From: Burkholderiales bacterium
GTDB taxonomy: Bacteria; Pseudomonadota; Gammaproteobacteria; Burkholderiales; Burkholderiaceae_E
Length of the DNA stretch: 64,000 nucleotides
Assembly (NCBI GenBank): GCA_026399835.1
Contig: JAPLQE010000092.1
Span: 2,882-66,881 of the forward strand
Direction of reading: 5' to 3'
Shown: positions 9,820-19,656 of the stretch, piece by piece
How the letters are laid out: every line of letters starts with the position of its first letter
How positions within the stretch are numbered: position 1 is the first letter of the stretch
The notes under the pieces: model-generated
Told to the model about the DNA's origin: nothing
The model's input: only the letters and a program-made list of their open reading frames with translations
Database searches by the model: none
Program-made: the position numbers and the translations under genes

Positions 9820-10240
9820 CGCCAACATCCTGGTCTACGCGCACCGCGACGACTCGCCTTTCCACGAGCGAGCACGTTCGACGCTCGAGTCGCTCGCCAA
9901 CGGGCCCCGCGAGTGGGCCGTTCCCTGGCCGTGCGCGCACGAGTTCTTCGCCATCGTCACGCATCCCCGCATCTACAGGACCGCCACCCCGCCGGCGACG
10001 GCGCTCGCGCAACTGCGCGCGCTTCATGCGCTGTCGAACCTGGTGTTCATCGCCGAGGCAGACGACCACCTGCAGCACCTCGAGCCGCTGGCGCTGGGCG
10101 CCAGGGTCCAGGGTGCGGCGGTCCACGATGCACGCATCGCAGCGATCTGCCTCGCGCACGGCGTGGCCGAGCTGTGGTCGGCCGACCGCGACTTCGCCCG
10201 ATTCCCGGCACTGAAGGTGCACAACCCCGTGGTCGGGTGA
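9806..10240 (+). CDS. vapC: PIN-domain ribonuclease toxin VapC
   Basis: 144 aa with a GTG start. IAVDANILVYA, HDARIAAICLAHG and WSADRDFARF place the acidic PIN residues correctly. Confidence 0.85.
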   Translation: MIAVDANILVYAHRDDSPFHERARSTLESLANGPREWAVPWPCAHEFFAIVTHPRIYRTATPPATALAQLRALHALSNLVFIAEADDHLQHLEPLALGARVQGAAVHDARIAAICLAHGVAELWSADRDFARFPALKVHNPVVG

Positions 10241-10244
10241 TCGC

Positions 10245-13200
10245 CTACATGTTCCGGCGGTACTGCCCGCCGACCTCGAACAGCGCGTTGGTGATCTGGC
10301 CGAGCGAGCACACCCGCACTGCCTCCATCAGCACCTCGAACACATTGGCGTCCGCGATGACCGCGGCGCGCAGCCGCTGCAGCATCGCCGCCGCGTCGGC
10401 GGCGTGAGCCGACTGGAAGCCCTCCAGCCGCGAGAGCTGCGAGCGCTTCTCGTCGTCGGTCGAGCGCGCCAGCTCGAGCGTCTCGGGCGTGGTGTCGCCC
10501 TGCGGGTTCCTGAAGGTGTTCACACCGATGATCGGGTACTCGCCGGTGTGCTTCAGGTGCTCGTAGTGCATCGACTCGTCCTGGATCCTGCCGCGCTGGT
10601 AGCCGGTCTCCATCGCGCCGAGCACGCCGCCGCGCTCGGCGATGCGCTCGAACTCGGCGAGCACCGACTCCTCCACCAGCTCGGTCAGGTCCTCGACGAC
10701 GAAGCTGCCTTGCAGCGGGTTCTCGTTCTTGGCCAGGCCCCATTCGCGGTTGATGATCAGCTGGATCGCCATCGCGCGCCGCACGCTCTCCTCGGTCGGC
10801 GTGGTGATCGCCTCGTCGAACGCGTTGGTGTGCAGGCTGTTGGCGTTGTCGTAGGTGGCGATCAGCGCCTGCAGCGTGGTGCGGATGTCGTTGAACTGGA
10901 TCTCCTGCGCGTGCAGCGAGCGCCCGGAGGTCTGGCAGTGGTACTTGAGCTTCTGGCTGCGGTCGTTGGCGCCGTAGCGGTCGCGCATCGCGACGGCCCA
11001 GATGCGCCGCGCGACGCGGCCCATCACGGTGTACTCCGGGTCCATGCCGTTGCTGAAGAAGAACGACAGGTTGGGCGCGAAGTCGTCGATGTGCATGCCT
11101 CGCGCGAGGTACGCCTCGACGAAGGTGAAGCCGTTGGACAGCGTGAACGCGAGCTGGCTGATCGGGTTCGCCCCGGCCTCGGCGATGTGGTAGCCGCTGA
11201 TCGACACCGAGTAGAAGTTCCTCACGTCGTGGTGGACGAAGTACTCCTGGATGTCGCCCATCACCTTGAGCGAGAACTCGGTGGAGAAGATGCAGGTGTT
11301 CTGGCCCTGGTCTTCCTTGAGGATGTCGGCCTGCACCGTGCCGCGCACGTTGGCGAGCGTCCAGCCGCGGATCTTCGCGACCTCGTCGTCGGTCGGCTGG
11401 CGGCCGTTCTGCGCGGCGAACTTCTCGATCTGCTGGTCGATCGCGGTGTTCATGAACATCGCGAGGATGGTCGGCGCCGGGCCGTTGATCGTCATCGACA
11501 CGCTGGTGGCGGGGTCGCACAGGTCGAAGCCGCCGTACAGCACCTTCATGTCGTCGAGCGTGGCGATCGAGACGCCCGAGTTGCCGACCTTGCCGTAGAT
11601 GTCCGGCCGCAGGCCGGGGTCGTTGCCGTAGAGCGTGACGCTGTCGAACGCGGTCGACAGCCGCTTGGCGGGCATGTTCGACGACAGCAGCTTGAAGCGG
11701 GTGTTGGTGCGGAACGCATCACCCTCGCCGGCAAACATCCGGGTCGGGTCCTCGCCCTCGCGCTTGAACGCGAACACGCCCGCGGTGTACGGGAAGGAGC
11801 CGGGGACGTTCTCGAGCAGCAGCCACTTGAGCAGCTCGCCGTGGTCCTCGTACTGCGGCAGCACGACCTTGCGCACCTTGGTGCCCGACAGCGAGGTCCA
11901 GGTCAGGCCGGTGCGGATCTCGCGGTCGCGGATCTTCACGACGTACTCGTCGCCGGCGTAGGCGCGCTGCATGTCCGGCCACATCGCCAGCAGCTTGCGC
12001 GAGGCCGTCTCGAGGTCGGTCTCGCGGCGCACGGCGAGCGCCGTGACCGTGTCGCGTGCACCCGACTTCGTCGAGTCGTCCTCGAGCAGCATGCGAGCGG
12101 ACTCGCGCAGCTGCTGCACCTCGCGGGCCAGGCGTGCCTGCGTGCGCGCCTTCTTCTTGTAGCCGCGCACGGTGTCGGCGATGTCGGCCAGATAGCGCAC
12201 GCGCGCCGGCGGCACGATCACCGAGCGCGCGCTCGAATGACGCTGCACCACCCGCGCGAGCCGCCCGCCCGCGGGCGTCGCGACCTGCCCCTCGCCGGCG
12301 TACTCCGCAGCGCCCGCGCGGGCCACGCCCGCCAGCGGCAGCTTCAGGCCGAGCTCGACCAGCCGGCCGAGCAGGCCCTGGTAGAGCGCGGTCACGCCGT
12401 CGTCGTTGAAGCGCGAGGCCTGCGTGCCGAACACCGGCATGCGGTCGGGCGGCGTGGTCCACAGCTCGCGATTGCGCTGCACCTGCTTGGAGACGTCGCG
12501 CAGCGCGTCCATCGCGCCCTTGCGGTCGAACTTGTTGATCGCGACGAAGTCGGCGAAGTCGAGCATGTCGATCTTCTCGAGCTGGCTCGCGGCGCCGAAC
12601 TCGGGCGTCATCACGTACAGCGTCGCATCGACCAGCGGCACGATCGCGGCGTCGCCCTGGCCGATGCCCGAGGTCTCGACCACGATCAGGTCGAAGCCGG
12701 CGACCCGGCACGCGGCGATCGCGTCGGGCAGCGCCTGGCTGATCTCGCTGCCGGCGTCGCGCGTGGCGAGCGAGCGCATGAACACGTTCGGATGGTCGAT
12801 CGCGTTCATGCGGATGCGGTCGCCGAGCAGCGCGCCGCCCGACTTGCGGCGGGTCGGATCGACCGAGATGATCGCGATGCGCAGCGCGTCGTCCTGGTCG
12901 AGCCGGAAGCGGCGCACCAGCTCGTCGGTGAGGCTCGACTTGCCGGCGCCGCCGGTGCCGGTGATGCCGAGCGCGGGCGTCTTCACCGTGTCGGCACGCA
13001 CGTGCAGCTCGGCGCGCAGCGCGGCGAGGCCCGCGGCGTCGAGCCCGCCCGGGGGCGTACCGTTCTCGAGCGCGGTCATCAGCTGCGCGAGCGCGCGGCG
13101 CGAGTGCAGGATGGTCTGGCGGCCAGCCTCGGTGGCCGGGCTCGCGTCGGCGGGCAGCACGATCGCGTCCAACGCGGCCGGCGCATAGGGCGCGAGGTCG

Positions 13201-13652
13201 ACATCGCAGCGGGCGATCATGTCGCCGATCATCCCCGCCAGCCCCATCTTCTGGCCGTCCTCGGGCGAGTAGATCCGCTCGACGCCATAGGCGTGCAGTT
13301 CGCGGATCTCGGCCGGCACGATCACGCCGCCGCCGCCGCCGAAGACCTTCACGTGGCCGGCGCCGTTGGCGCGCAGCAGGTCGATCATGTACTTGAAGTA
13401 CTCGACGTGGCCGCCCTGGTAGGAGGACACCGCGATGCCCTGCACGTCCTCCTGCAGCGCGCAGTCGACCACCTCCTTGACCGAGCGGTTGTGCCCGAGG
13501 TGGATCACCTCGCAGCCCATGCCCTGCAGGATGCGCCGCATGATGTTGATCGACGCGTCGTGGCCGTCGAACAGCGAGGCGGCGGTGACGAACCGGACCT
13601 TGTGGGTCATCCGGTACTCGGCGAGCTTCTTGGCGTCGGACAGGTCGGTCAT
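10245..13652 (-). CDS. icmF: Fused isobutyryl-CoA mutase IcmF (B12-binding domain + MeaB-like GTPase + mutase catalytic domain)
   Basis: From ATG 13652 (ggagac RBS) the product is 1135 aa. It has [13 protein letters not shown] (B12 DxHxxG region), the P-loop GTGGAGKSS, and a long methylmalonyl-CoA-mutase-like C-terminal half ending [10 protein letters not shown]. Confidence 0.9.
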   Translation of the reverse strand: MTDLSDAKKLAEYRMTHKVRFVTAASLFDGHDASINIMRRILQGMGCEVIHLGHNRSVKEVVDCALQEDVQGIAVSSYQGGHVEYFKYMIDLLRANGAGHVKVFGGGGGVIVPAEIRELHAYGVERIYSPEDGQKMGLAGMIGDMIARCDVDLAPYAPAALDAIVLPADASPATEAGRQTILHSRRALAQLMTALENGTPPGGLDAAGLAALRAELHVRADTVKTPALGITGTGGAGKSSLTDELVRRFRLDQDDALRIAIISVDPTRRKSGGALLGDRIRMNAIDHPNVFMRSLATRDAGSEISQALPDAIAACRVAGFDLIVVETSGIGQGDAAIVPLVDATLYVMTPEFGAASQLEKIDMLDFADFVAINKFDRKGAMDALRDVSKQVQRNRELWTTPPDRMPVFGTQASRFNDDGVTALYQGLLGRLVELGLKLPLAGVARAGAAEYAGEGQVATPAGGRLARVVQRHSSARSVIVPPARVRYLADIADTVRGYKKKARTQARLAREVQQLRESARMLLEDDSTKSGARDTVTALAVRRETDLETASRKLLAMWPDMQRAYAGDEYVVKIRDREIRTGLTWTSLSGTKVRKVVLPQYEDHGELLKWLLLENVPGSFPYTAGVFAFKREGEDPTRMFAGEGDAFRTNTRFKLLSSNMPAKRLSTAFDSVTLYGNDPGLRPDIYGKVGNSGVSIATLDDMKVLYGGFDLCDPATSVSMTINGPAPTILAMFMNTAIDQQIEKFAAQNGRQPTDDEVAKIRGWTLANVRGTVQADILKEDQGQNTCIFSTEFSLKVMGDIQEYFVHHDVRNFYSVSISGYHIAEAGANPISQLAFTLSNGFTFVEAYLARGMHIDDFAPNLSFFFSNGMDPEYTVMGRVARRIWAVAMRDRYGANDRSQKLKYHCQTSGRSLHAQEIQFNDIRTTLQALIATYDNANSLHTNAFDEAITTPTEESVRRAMAIQLIINREWGLAKNENPLQGSFVVEDLTELVEESVLAEFERIAERGGVLGAMETGYQRGRIQDESMHYEHLKHTGEYPIIGVNTFRNPQGDTTPETLELARSTDDEKRSQLSRLEGFQSAHAADAAAMLQRLRAAVIADANVFEVLMEAVRVCSLGQITNALFEVGGQYRRNM

Positions 13653-13783
13653 GGGGGTGTCTCCGGCAGGGGGCGGGGATCGTCGGCGCGAGGCCTGGCA
13701 GGGTGCCGTCGGCTGCGTCCGGTGCGCGTGCGTGCGCGCATCCCGTCGGCGCGATCTTCGACGATCCGGCGCCGGAAGGCTAA

Positions 13784-13805
13784 TTGACGTTGACGTCAAC
13801 GTCAA
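13784..13805. promoter_or_regulatory. Perfect 22-bp palindrome TTGACGTTGACGTCAACGTCAA
   Basis: The sequence is an exact inverted repeat, 132 bp upstream of the icmF start, in the divergent intergenic region toward the His-rich gene and the receptor. It looks like a dimeric operator. Confidence 0.4.
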
Positions 13806-14184
13806 CGACGCCGCCATGGCGTCCGAGGCGCGGCCGGGGTGCCGCCGCCTTGGGCTCACCGTCGAATCCCGCCTTCGCGTCCGATCGCCGGGCCGCCTAT
13901 CCTCGTGGCCGGCCTTGGCGCCGATGACCCGTCGATCGACGCGTCGTGCCGTCGGACGGATCGGTCATGAGCGGGAGTCTCCGACGGGGGCGGGACCCTC
14001 TCGCAGGCCGCCGATCCGGAGCCGACACGGGCGGATCCGCCGAACGATCCGCCGCGGCAGTGCCGAACGGCACCGTCCGTACCGCGATGTCACGAGCCCG
14101 ACCGCTCGACCCCGCAGCATTCCGAGACAGCGATCCGACACCGTGACCCCTGCCCTCCGCCCGCGTCGACCGACCCGCCCCGCG

Positions 14185-14700
14185 ATGCACGCATGGGTCG
14201 CGGCGTGGCTGCTCGCCGCCCTGCCGCTGTACGGGCTCGGCGGACTCGCGGCACAGTTCCTCGGTCCGCTCCACGTCCACGCTCCCGCTGCCGGCCCGGA
14301 CGCGCGGCACCTGGCGTGGACCCCCGGACGCTGGCTCGCGACGCTCGAGCACGCCGTCGAGCACGCCGTCGAGCACCTGCGGGGTCACGCGCATCCGACT
14401 GCCGCCGTGCCTCTCGGCGCGAATCACGAGTCTGCTTCGGCCGCGCACGACGGCGGGCACGCGCACGCGACTGCGCGCCGCCACCGTCACGATCCGCAGG
14501 ACACCGACGTCCTGACCGTCGCCGGGACCGATCACGAGGCCGGTCCCTCGTCAGCGGGCTGGGCCTGGCAGCTGCTCGCGGCCGGTGCCGGCGGCTTGCC
14601 TGCTCCTGACCGTGTCGATGCCGAACGGTGGTCCATCCCGACGGTCGAGCGGATCGCCAGCCGCCCGCCCGACCGCCTCGAGCGCCCGCCCCGGGCCTGA
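14185..14700 (+). CDS. His-rich membrane-anchored hypothetical protein
   Basis: From ATG 14185 the product is 171 aa. It has an N-terminal helix (WVAAWLLAALPLYGLGGLAAQFL) followed by HVH, HAVEHAVEHLRGHAHP and HDGGHAHATARRHRHD. It sits directly upstream of, and co-oriented with, a TonB-dependent receptor. Confidence 0.5.
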   Translation: MHAWVAAWLLAALPLYGLGGLAAQFLGPLHVHAPAAGPDARHLAWTPGRWLATLEHAVEHAVEHLRGHAHPTAAVPLGANHESASAAHDGGHAHATARRHRHDPQDTDVLTVAGTDHEAGPSSAGWAWQLLAAGAGGLPAPDRVDAERWSIPTVERIASRPPDRLERPPRA

Positions 14701-14969
14701 GCGTCCCGCCCCGGGCGCCCGCGGCCCGACCACCGACGCCCGCGCGTCGTGCCGCCACAGCGGCCGCCGCGCGATCCGTGCGCGCCCCGCCCGGACGCGA
14801 TCTTGGTGACGCCTCGCCGCGTGGAGTCCCATCCGCGTGGCAGGCGACCGCCGGTCGCGCCGAGCCCGCGCAACGCCCCCGAGGACTCGCTCCGATGATC
14901 CGCATCTGCCCACACCTTCGCCCACACCTTCGCCAGCATCCGGCCGCAGCACGCACCCGTCCGAGCCCG

Positions 14970-17024
14970 ATGTTCCGACCCCGCCTGATCGCGGTCGCCG
15001 TCGCGCTGATCGCCGCCCGCGCCGCCGTCGCGCAGACCCCGGCCGCGGCCACGCCGCTGCGCGACGTCGAAGTCATCGCCTCGCCGACCGACGTCATGGG
15101 CGTCACCGACGCCGCCTCCGCCGGCTCGGTCGACGCCGCCCGCATCCAGGCCCGACCCGCGCTGCGTCCGGCCGATGTCCTCGAATGGGTGCCGGGCCTG
15201 CTGGTCACGCAGCACTCCGGCGACGGCAAGGCCAACCAGTACTTCCTGCGCGGCTTCAACCTCGACCACGGCACCGACTTCGCCACCTCGGTCGCCGGCG
15301 TGCCGGTCAACCTGCCGACCCACGCCCACGGCCACGGCTACACCGACCTGAACTTCCTGATCCCCGAGCTCGTCGAGCGCGTCGACTACCGCAAGGGCCC
15401 CTACTCGGCGCTCGACGGCGACTTCTCGTCGGCCGGCGCGGCCGACATCCGGCTGCGCTCGCGCTTCGCGGCGCCGGTGGGGCAGCTCACCGTCGGCGGC
15501 AACGGCTACCGGCGCGCCTTCGTCGGCGCGTCGCCCGAGGTCGGCACGGGCACGCTGATGGTCGGCCTCGAGCTCGCGGGCAACGACGGTCCGTGGGAGG
15601 TGCCCCAGCGGCTGCGGCGCACCGCCGCGGTGATGCGCTGGTCGGGCGGGACCGAAGCCGACGGCCAGTCGCTGACGCTGATGGGGTACGACGCCCGCTG
15701 GACCGCCACGGACCAGGTGCCGCAGCGCGCGCTCGATGCCGGGACGATCGGCCGCTTCGGCTCGCTCGACCCGACCACCGGCGGGACGACCTCGCGCTAC
15801 AGCCTGTCGGGAACGCTGCGGCGCACGTTCGAGGACGGCCGCCTGGAGGCGAGCGCCTGGGTGCTGCGCTATCGGCTCGGCCTGTTCTCGAACTTCACTT
15901 ACGCGCTCGACCGCCCCGACACCGGCGACCAGTTCGAGCAGGCGGACGCCCGGACGGCCTACGGCCTGCGGATCGCGCGGAGCTGGCGGACCGCGGTCCT
16001 CGGCGTCCCGTCGCTGACGACGGTCGGCGTGCAGGCACGGCAGGACCGCATCGACGTCGGCCTGTACGACACGGCGGCCCGCGAGCGGCTCGAGACGGTG
16101 CGCAGCGACCGCGTGAGCTCGACACTGGCGGGCGTCTTCGCCGAGCACACGAGCTTCTGGACCGACCGCTTCCGCACCGTCGCCGGCGTGCGCGTCGACC
16201 GGCTGCAGAACCGCGTCGACGCCTCGCTGCCCGACAACGCCGGCAGCAGCGGCGATTCGCTGGTCTCGCCGAAGCTGACCGCGGTGCTGCAGCCCGTCCC
16301 GACCGTCGAGACCTTCGCGAGCTGGGGCAGGGGCTTCCACAGCAACGACGCCCGCGGCACCACGGCGCGGGTCGACCCGCGCACCGGCGAGCCCGTGCAG
16401 CCGGTGCAGGGCCTGGTGCCGACGATCGGCGCCGAGCTCGGCGCGCGCTGGGCGCCGGCGCCGTCGTTCGTCGCCTCGGTCGCGCTCTGGCAGCTGAAGA
16501 TCGCCTCGGAGCTGGTCTTCGTCGGCGACGCGGGCATCACCGAGCCGAGCCGCGCGAGCCGGCGTCGCGGCGTGGAGATCGGCGGGCGCTGGCTGCCGCG
16601 CCCCTGGCTCGCCGTCGACGCCGACCTCGCGTACTCGCGCGCGCGCTTCACCGACGACGACCCGGTCGGCCCGAACATCCCAGGCTCGGTGGAACGCGTC
16701 GGATCACTGGGTGTCACGCTGCAGAACCTCGGCCCGTGGTCGGCAGGCATGCACGTGCGGCACATCGGCCCGAGGCCGCTGCTCGAGGACGGCTCGGTGA
16801 GGACGAAGCCGTTCACGCTCGCCGACCTGAGGCTCGGATGGCGGGTCGCGCCGGGTGCGCAGGTGCTGCTCGACGTCTTCAACCTGACGAACCGCAAGGC
16901 GAACGACATCGAGTACTACTACGCGAGCCGCCTGGCCGGCGAGCCGGCCGGAGGCGTCGGCGACGTGCACCTGCACCCGGCCGAGCCGCGGACCGTGCGG
17001 CTGTCGCTGCGGCTGGGGTTCTGA
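14970..17024 (+). CDS. TonB-dependent outer-membrane receptor
   Basis: From ATG 14970 the product is 684 aa. It has a signal peptide (LIAVAVALIAARAAVAQ), plug motifs (ANQYFLRGFNLDHGTDF) and a beta-barrel ending in ..RLSLRLGF with a terminal Phe. Confidence 0.85.
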   Translation: MFRPRLIAVAVALIAARAAVAQTPAAATPLRDVEVIASPTDVMGVTDAASAGSVDAARIQARPALRPADVLEWVPGLLVTQHSGDGKANQYFLRGFNLDHGTDFATSVAGVPVNLPTHAHGHGYTDLNFLIPELVERVDYRKGPYSALDGDFSSAGAADIRLRSRFAAPVGQLTVGGNGYRRAFVGASPEVGTGTLMVGLELAGNDGPWEVPQRLRRTAAVMRWSGGTEADGQSLTLMGYDARWTATDQVPQRALDAGTIGRFGSLDPTTGGTTSRYSLSGTLRRTFEDGRLEASAWVLRYRLGLFSNFTYALDRPDTGDQFEQADARTAYGLRIARSWRTAVLGVPSLTTVGVQARQDRIDVGLYDTAARERLETVRSDRVSSTLAGVFAEHTSFWTDRFRTVAGVRVDRLQNRVDASLPDNAGSSGDSLVSPKLTAVLQPVPTVETFASWGRGFHSNDARGTTARVDPRTGEPVQPVQGLVPTIGAELGARWAPAPSFVASVALWQLKIASELVFVGDAGITEPSRASRRRGVEIGGRWLPRPWLAVDADLAYSRARFTDDDPVGPNIPGSVERVGSLGVTLQNLGPWSAGMHVRHIGPRPLLEDGSVRTKPFTLADLRLGWRVAPGAQVLLDVFNLTNRKANDIEYYYASRLAGEPAGGVGDVHLHPAEPRTVRLSLRLGF

Positions 17025-17034
17025 ACGGCCCGCG

Positions 17035-19656
17035 TCAGTGCGCGGCGGCGGGGCGCGGGCCGTCGGTCGGTGCGCCGTCGATCCGCTGCAGCGCGAGCGA
17101 CGCCTCGGGGCGGGCGGGCTGCAGGCGCGCGAGTTCGGTCAGCACCCGGCGCGCCGCCTCCGGCGCACGCTCCGACGCGGCGGTGGCGAGCGCGACCAGC
17201 GGGTCGTACGCCGGCCGGAAGTCGGGGCTCGCGGCCACCACGGCGAGCATCGGTGCGCCGATCCGCGCGAGCATCGCCACCGGGTCGACGATCGGCGGCA
17301 CCTCGCGCCCGGCGAGCAGGAACGCGTTGCGCGCACGCCGGTACGCCGCGAGCCGTTCCGGGTCGAGGCCGGTGGCCGCCTCGACCTCGTCGACCCCGAG
17401 CTCGGCCAGCCAGTCCAGCAGCCGGTCGCGCGGCCGCGACTGCGGCGCGTAGGTGGTGCGCGGCGCGGTGTAGGCCACCACCGGACGGTCGTCGCGGTTC
17501 GGCGCGGCGTCGCCGGCGAAGCGTGCGAGCGCGGCCGGGCCGGCGACGATGCTGCCGAACAGCGCCCATTCGTCCTGCAGGCCCGCGGGCTCGGCGGTCG
17601 CCCGCAGCGAGGCCAGCCGCGCGCGAAGCGCCGCCGCGTCGAACCCGCCCTGCGGCCGCGCCACCAGGCCCACCACCGGTGTCTGTAGGCTGTTGGTCGC
17701 GATCACCGCATGGGCCTGCGGGAACGCCTGCAGGAACGCGGCGACGACATGGCGCAGCGTCGCGAGATCCATCTGGTGCAGCGGCAGCCACTGGCAGAAC
17801 AGGCCGCCCTCGGCCAGCCGCGCGCGGACCGCCTCGAAGTGCTCGACCGTCGTCAGCAGCGCCGAGCCGCCACGGGCCGGATGGAAGTTGTCCGCGACGA
17901 TCACGTCCCAGCGCTCGGACGTGCCGCGGACCACGCGTCGCGCGTCGCCGATGCGCACGTTCAGGCCGGCGCGCTCCTCCGGACGGAGGAACCAGCCGGC
18001 CGCCGCATCCGCGACCTCGGGCAGCAGTTCGACGACGTCGACTCGCGCGAGCGGCCCCGCCGCCGCGGCGGTCAGGCCCGTGCCGAGTCCGAGGAACAGC
18101 GCGCGCTCGGGCGAGGGATGCAGCAGCATCGGCAGCAGCGCCTGCCGGCGGTCGGCCCAGCGGGTGTCCGACGCCCCTTCCTGCGCGCGGTGGTCGATGT
18201 GCAGGCGACGCACGCCACCCTCGTCCTCCACCACCACGACCTGCGCGCTCGCGCTCTCCCACGCGGCGAGCACCCGGGTGCCCTCGGGGAAGCCCACCGC
18301 GCTCGGCGACGGCGCGACCGCGACCAGCACGGCGAGCGCGACCGCGCCCGCGGCGGCGCCGGCCCGCGTGCCGTGGACCGCGGCGAGCACCAGGTAGGCG
18401 GCGGCGACGGCGAGCAGCGCGCCGCCCACGCCCGCGATCGGCACCAGCACGACGCCGAAGAGCGTCGGCGCGAGCGCCGCGCCGAACGTGTTCCACGCGA
18501 GCGGCCGCCCCCAGCCGTGGCCGTCCTGGACCGCGCGCGACGACAGGCTCGCGAAGAGCGCGCCCATCGCCGCCGCCGGCAGCAGCAGCGCGACGGCCGC
18601 GATGGCGGCCTCGCCGGCCAGCGCGGCCGCCATCGGCTCCGCGCCGAGACCCGCGGCGGCGGCGGTCGCGGTCGCGGCCGCGGCCCGCGCCTGTCCCAGG
18701 CCGGCGAGACCCGCGACGCAGGCCACGCCGACCGCGGCGAGCAGCCCGCCGGTGGTCGCCCGGCGCGGCAGCGCTGCGGCGCCGGCGGCGTGACCCACCA
18801 GATAGACGCCGAGCGCCAGCGCCACCGTGTAGACCGTGTTCTCGGCGTGCTGGCCGAGGACACGAAGCACGAGGACCTCATAGGCGATGCCCAGCATCCC
18901 GGTGGCCGCCAGCAGCGCGATGCCGCGGCGGCGGCTCGACGCGGCGTCGGAGGTGGCGACCGGCGCGGTGAGGGGCGCGGTGACCGGCGCGGTCACCGGC
19001 ATGTCGGCCGGCGTGTCGGCCCTCGGCACCGCCCGGTCGAACGCGAGGCGCGCGGCGACGGCGCAGGCGAGGTTCAGCACGACGCAGACCGCCGTCGTGC
19101 CGCGCAGGCCGAGCGCCGGCAGCAGCCAGAACCCGGTCGCGAGCACGCCGGCGAGCGCGCCCGCGGTGTTCGCTGCGTACAGCCACGCCACGCGGCGCGC
19201 CGGCCAGCCGGCGAGCGCGCGCTGCATCGCCGGCAGCGTCGCGCCCATCGCCACCGTCGCCGGCAGCAGCAGCGCGCCGGTGCCCGCGAACGCGACCGCC
19301 CACTGCACCGCGGGCGATGGCGACTGCCCGACCGCGCGCAGCAGCAGCGCGCTGGCCGGCTCGAGTCCCAGCATCAGCACGACGCCCCAGGCCGCGATCG
19401 CCGCCTCGCACCACGCGTAGGCCCGGCCGGGACGCGACCCGCGCTCGATGCGCTCGCCGAGCGTGCGCGCGCCGAGCGCCATGCCTCCGAAGAAGGCGGA
19501 GAAGACCGCGAGGACCGCGGCCGGATCGCTGCCCAGCCACAGCGAGGCCTGTCGCGTCCAGACGACCTGATAGCCCAGCCCCGCGAAGCCCGAAGCCAGC
19601 ATCAGCGCGAGCCCCGGCGCGAGCCGGGCGCGGTCAGCCGCTGAAGCCGAGGGCAT
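17035..19656 (-). CDS. Polytopic membrane protein fused to a spermidine-synthase-like methyltransferase-fold domain
   Basis: About 873 aa from ATG 19656. The first ~480 aa contain many hydrophobic helices. They are followed by LFLGLGTGLTAAAA, VDVVELLPEV, VIVADNFHPARGGSALLTTVEHF and GGLFCQWLPLHQMD (aminopropyl/methyltransferase fold), and then a helical C-terminal domain. Confidence 0.8.
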   Translation of the reverse strand: MPSASAADRARLAPGLALMLASGFAGLGYQVVWTRQASLWLGSDPAAVLAVFSAFFGGMALGARTLGERIERGSRPGRAYAWCEAAIAAWGVVLMLGLEPASALLLRAVGQSPSPAVQWAVAFAGTGALLLPATVAMGATLPAMQRALAGWPARRVAWLYAANTAGALAGVLATGFWLLPALGLRGTTAVCVVLNLACAVAARLAFDRAVPRADTPADMPVTAPVTAPLTAPVATSDAASSRRRGIALLAATGMLGIAYEVLVLRVLGQHAENTVYTVALALGVYLVGHAAGAAALPRRATTGGLLAAVGVACVAGLAGLGQARAAAATATAAAAGLGAEPMAAALAGEAAIAAVALLLPAAAMGALFASLSSRAVQDGHGWGRPLAWNTFGAALAPTLFGVVLVPIAGVGGALLAVAAAYLVLAAVHGTRAGAAAGAVALAVLVAVAPSPSAVGFPEGTRVLAAWESASAQVVVVEDEGGVRRLHIDHRAQEGASDTRWADRRQALLPMLLHPSPERALFLGLGTGLTAAAAGPLARVDVVELLPEVADAAAGWFLRPEERAGLNVRIGDARRVVRGTSERWDVIVADNFHPARGGSALLTTVEHFEAVRARLAEGGLFCQWLPLHQMDLATLRHVVAAFLQAFPQAHAVIATNSLQTPVVGLVARPQGGFDAAALRARLASLRATAEPAGLQDEWALFGSIVAGPAALARFAGDAAPNRDDRPVVAYTAPRTTYAPQSRPRDRLLDWLAELGVDEVEAATGLDPERLAAYRRARNAFLLAGREVPPIVDPVAMLARIGAPMLAVVAASPDFRPAYDPLVALATAASERAPEAARRVLTELARLQPARPEASLALQRIDGAPTDGPRPAAAH

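Noticed and set aside
9806-10240. vapBC as part of a larger defence island or prophage.
   Set aside because: No integrase, phage, restriction, abortive-infection or other defence-type genes flank it. The neighbours are a GGDEF cyclase and icmF. Only the duplication scar is unusual.
10404-13787. A 1127-aa ORF on the plus strand, plus similar giants at 14532-16340, 21478-23703, 28031-30259, 46556-49498 and 56222-58249.
   Set aside because: Each lies antisense or out of frame to a gene with strong family motifs (icmF, the TonB receptor, the PHP-like protein, the CheW fusion, D-aminoacylase/PQQ-DH, ptsI). Their translations are Arg/Ala/Gly/Pro-rich low-complexity strings, which is typical of stop-codon-poor alternative frames in ~70% GC DNA.
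13860-14184. A possible cobalamin or metal riboswitch upstream of the His-rich gene and TonB-dependent receptor.
   Set aside because: I could find no B12-box (GCCACUG-type) or other riboswitch core that I recognise. The region looks like unstructured GC-rich leader.
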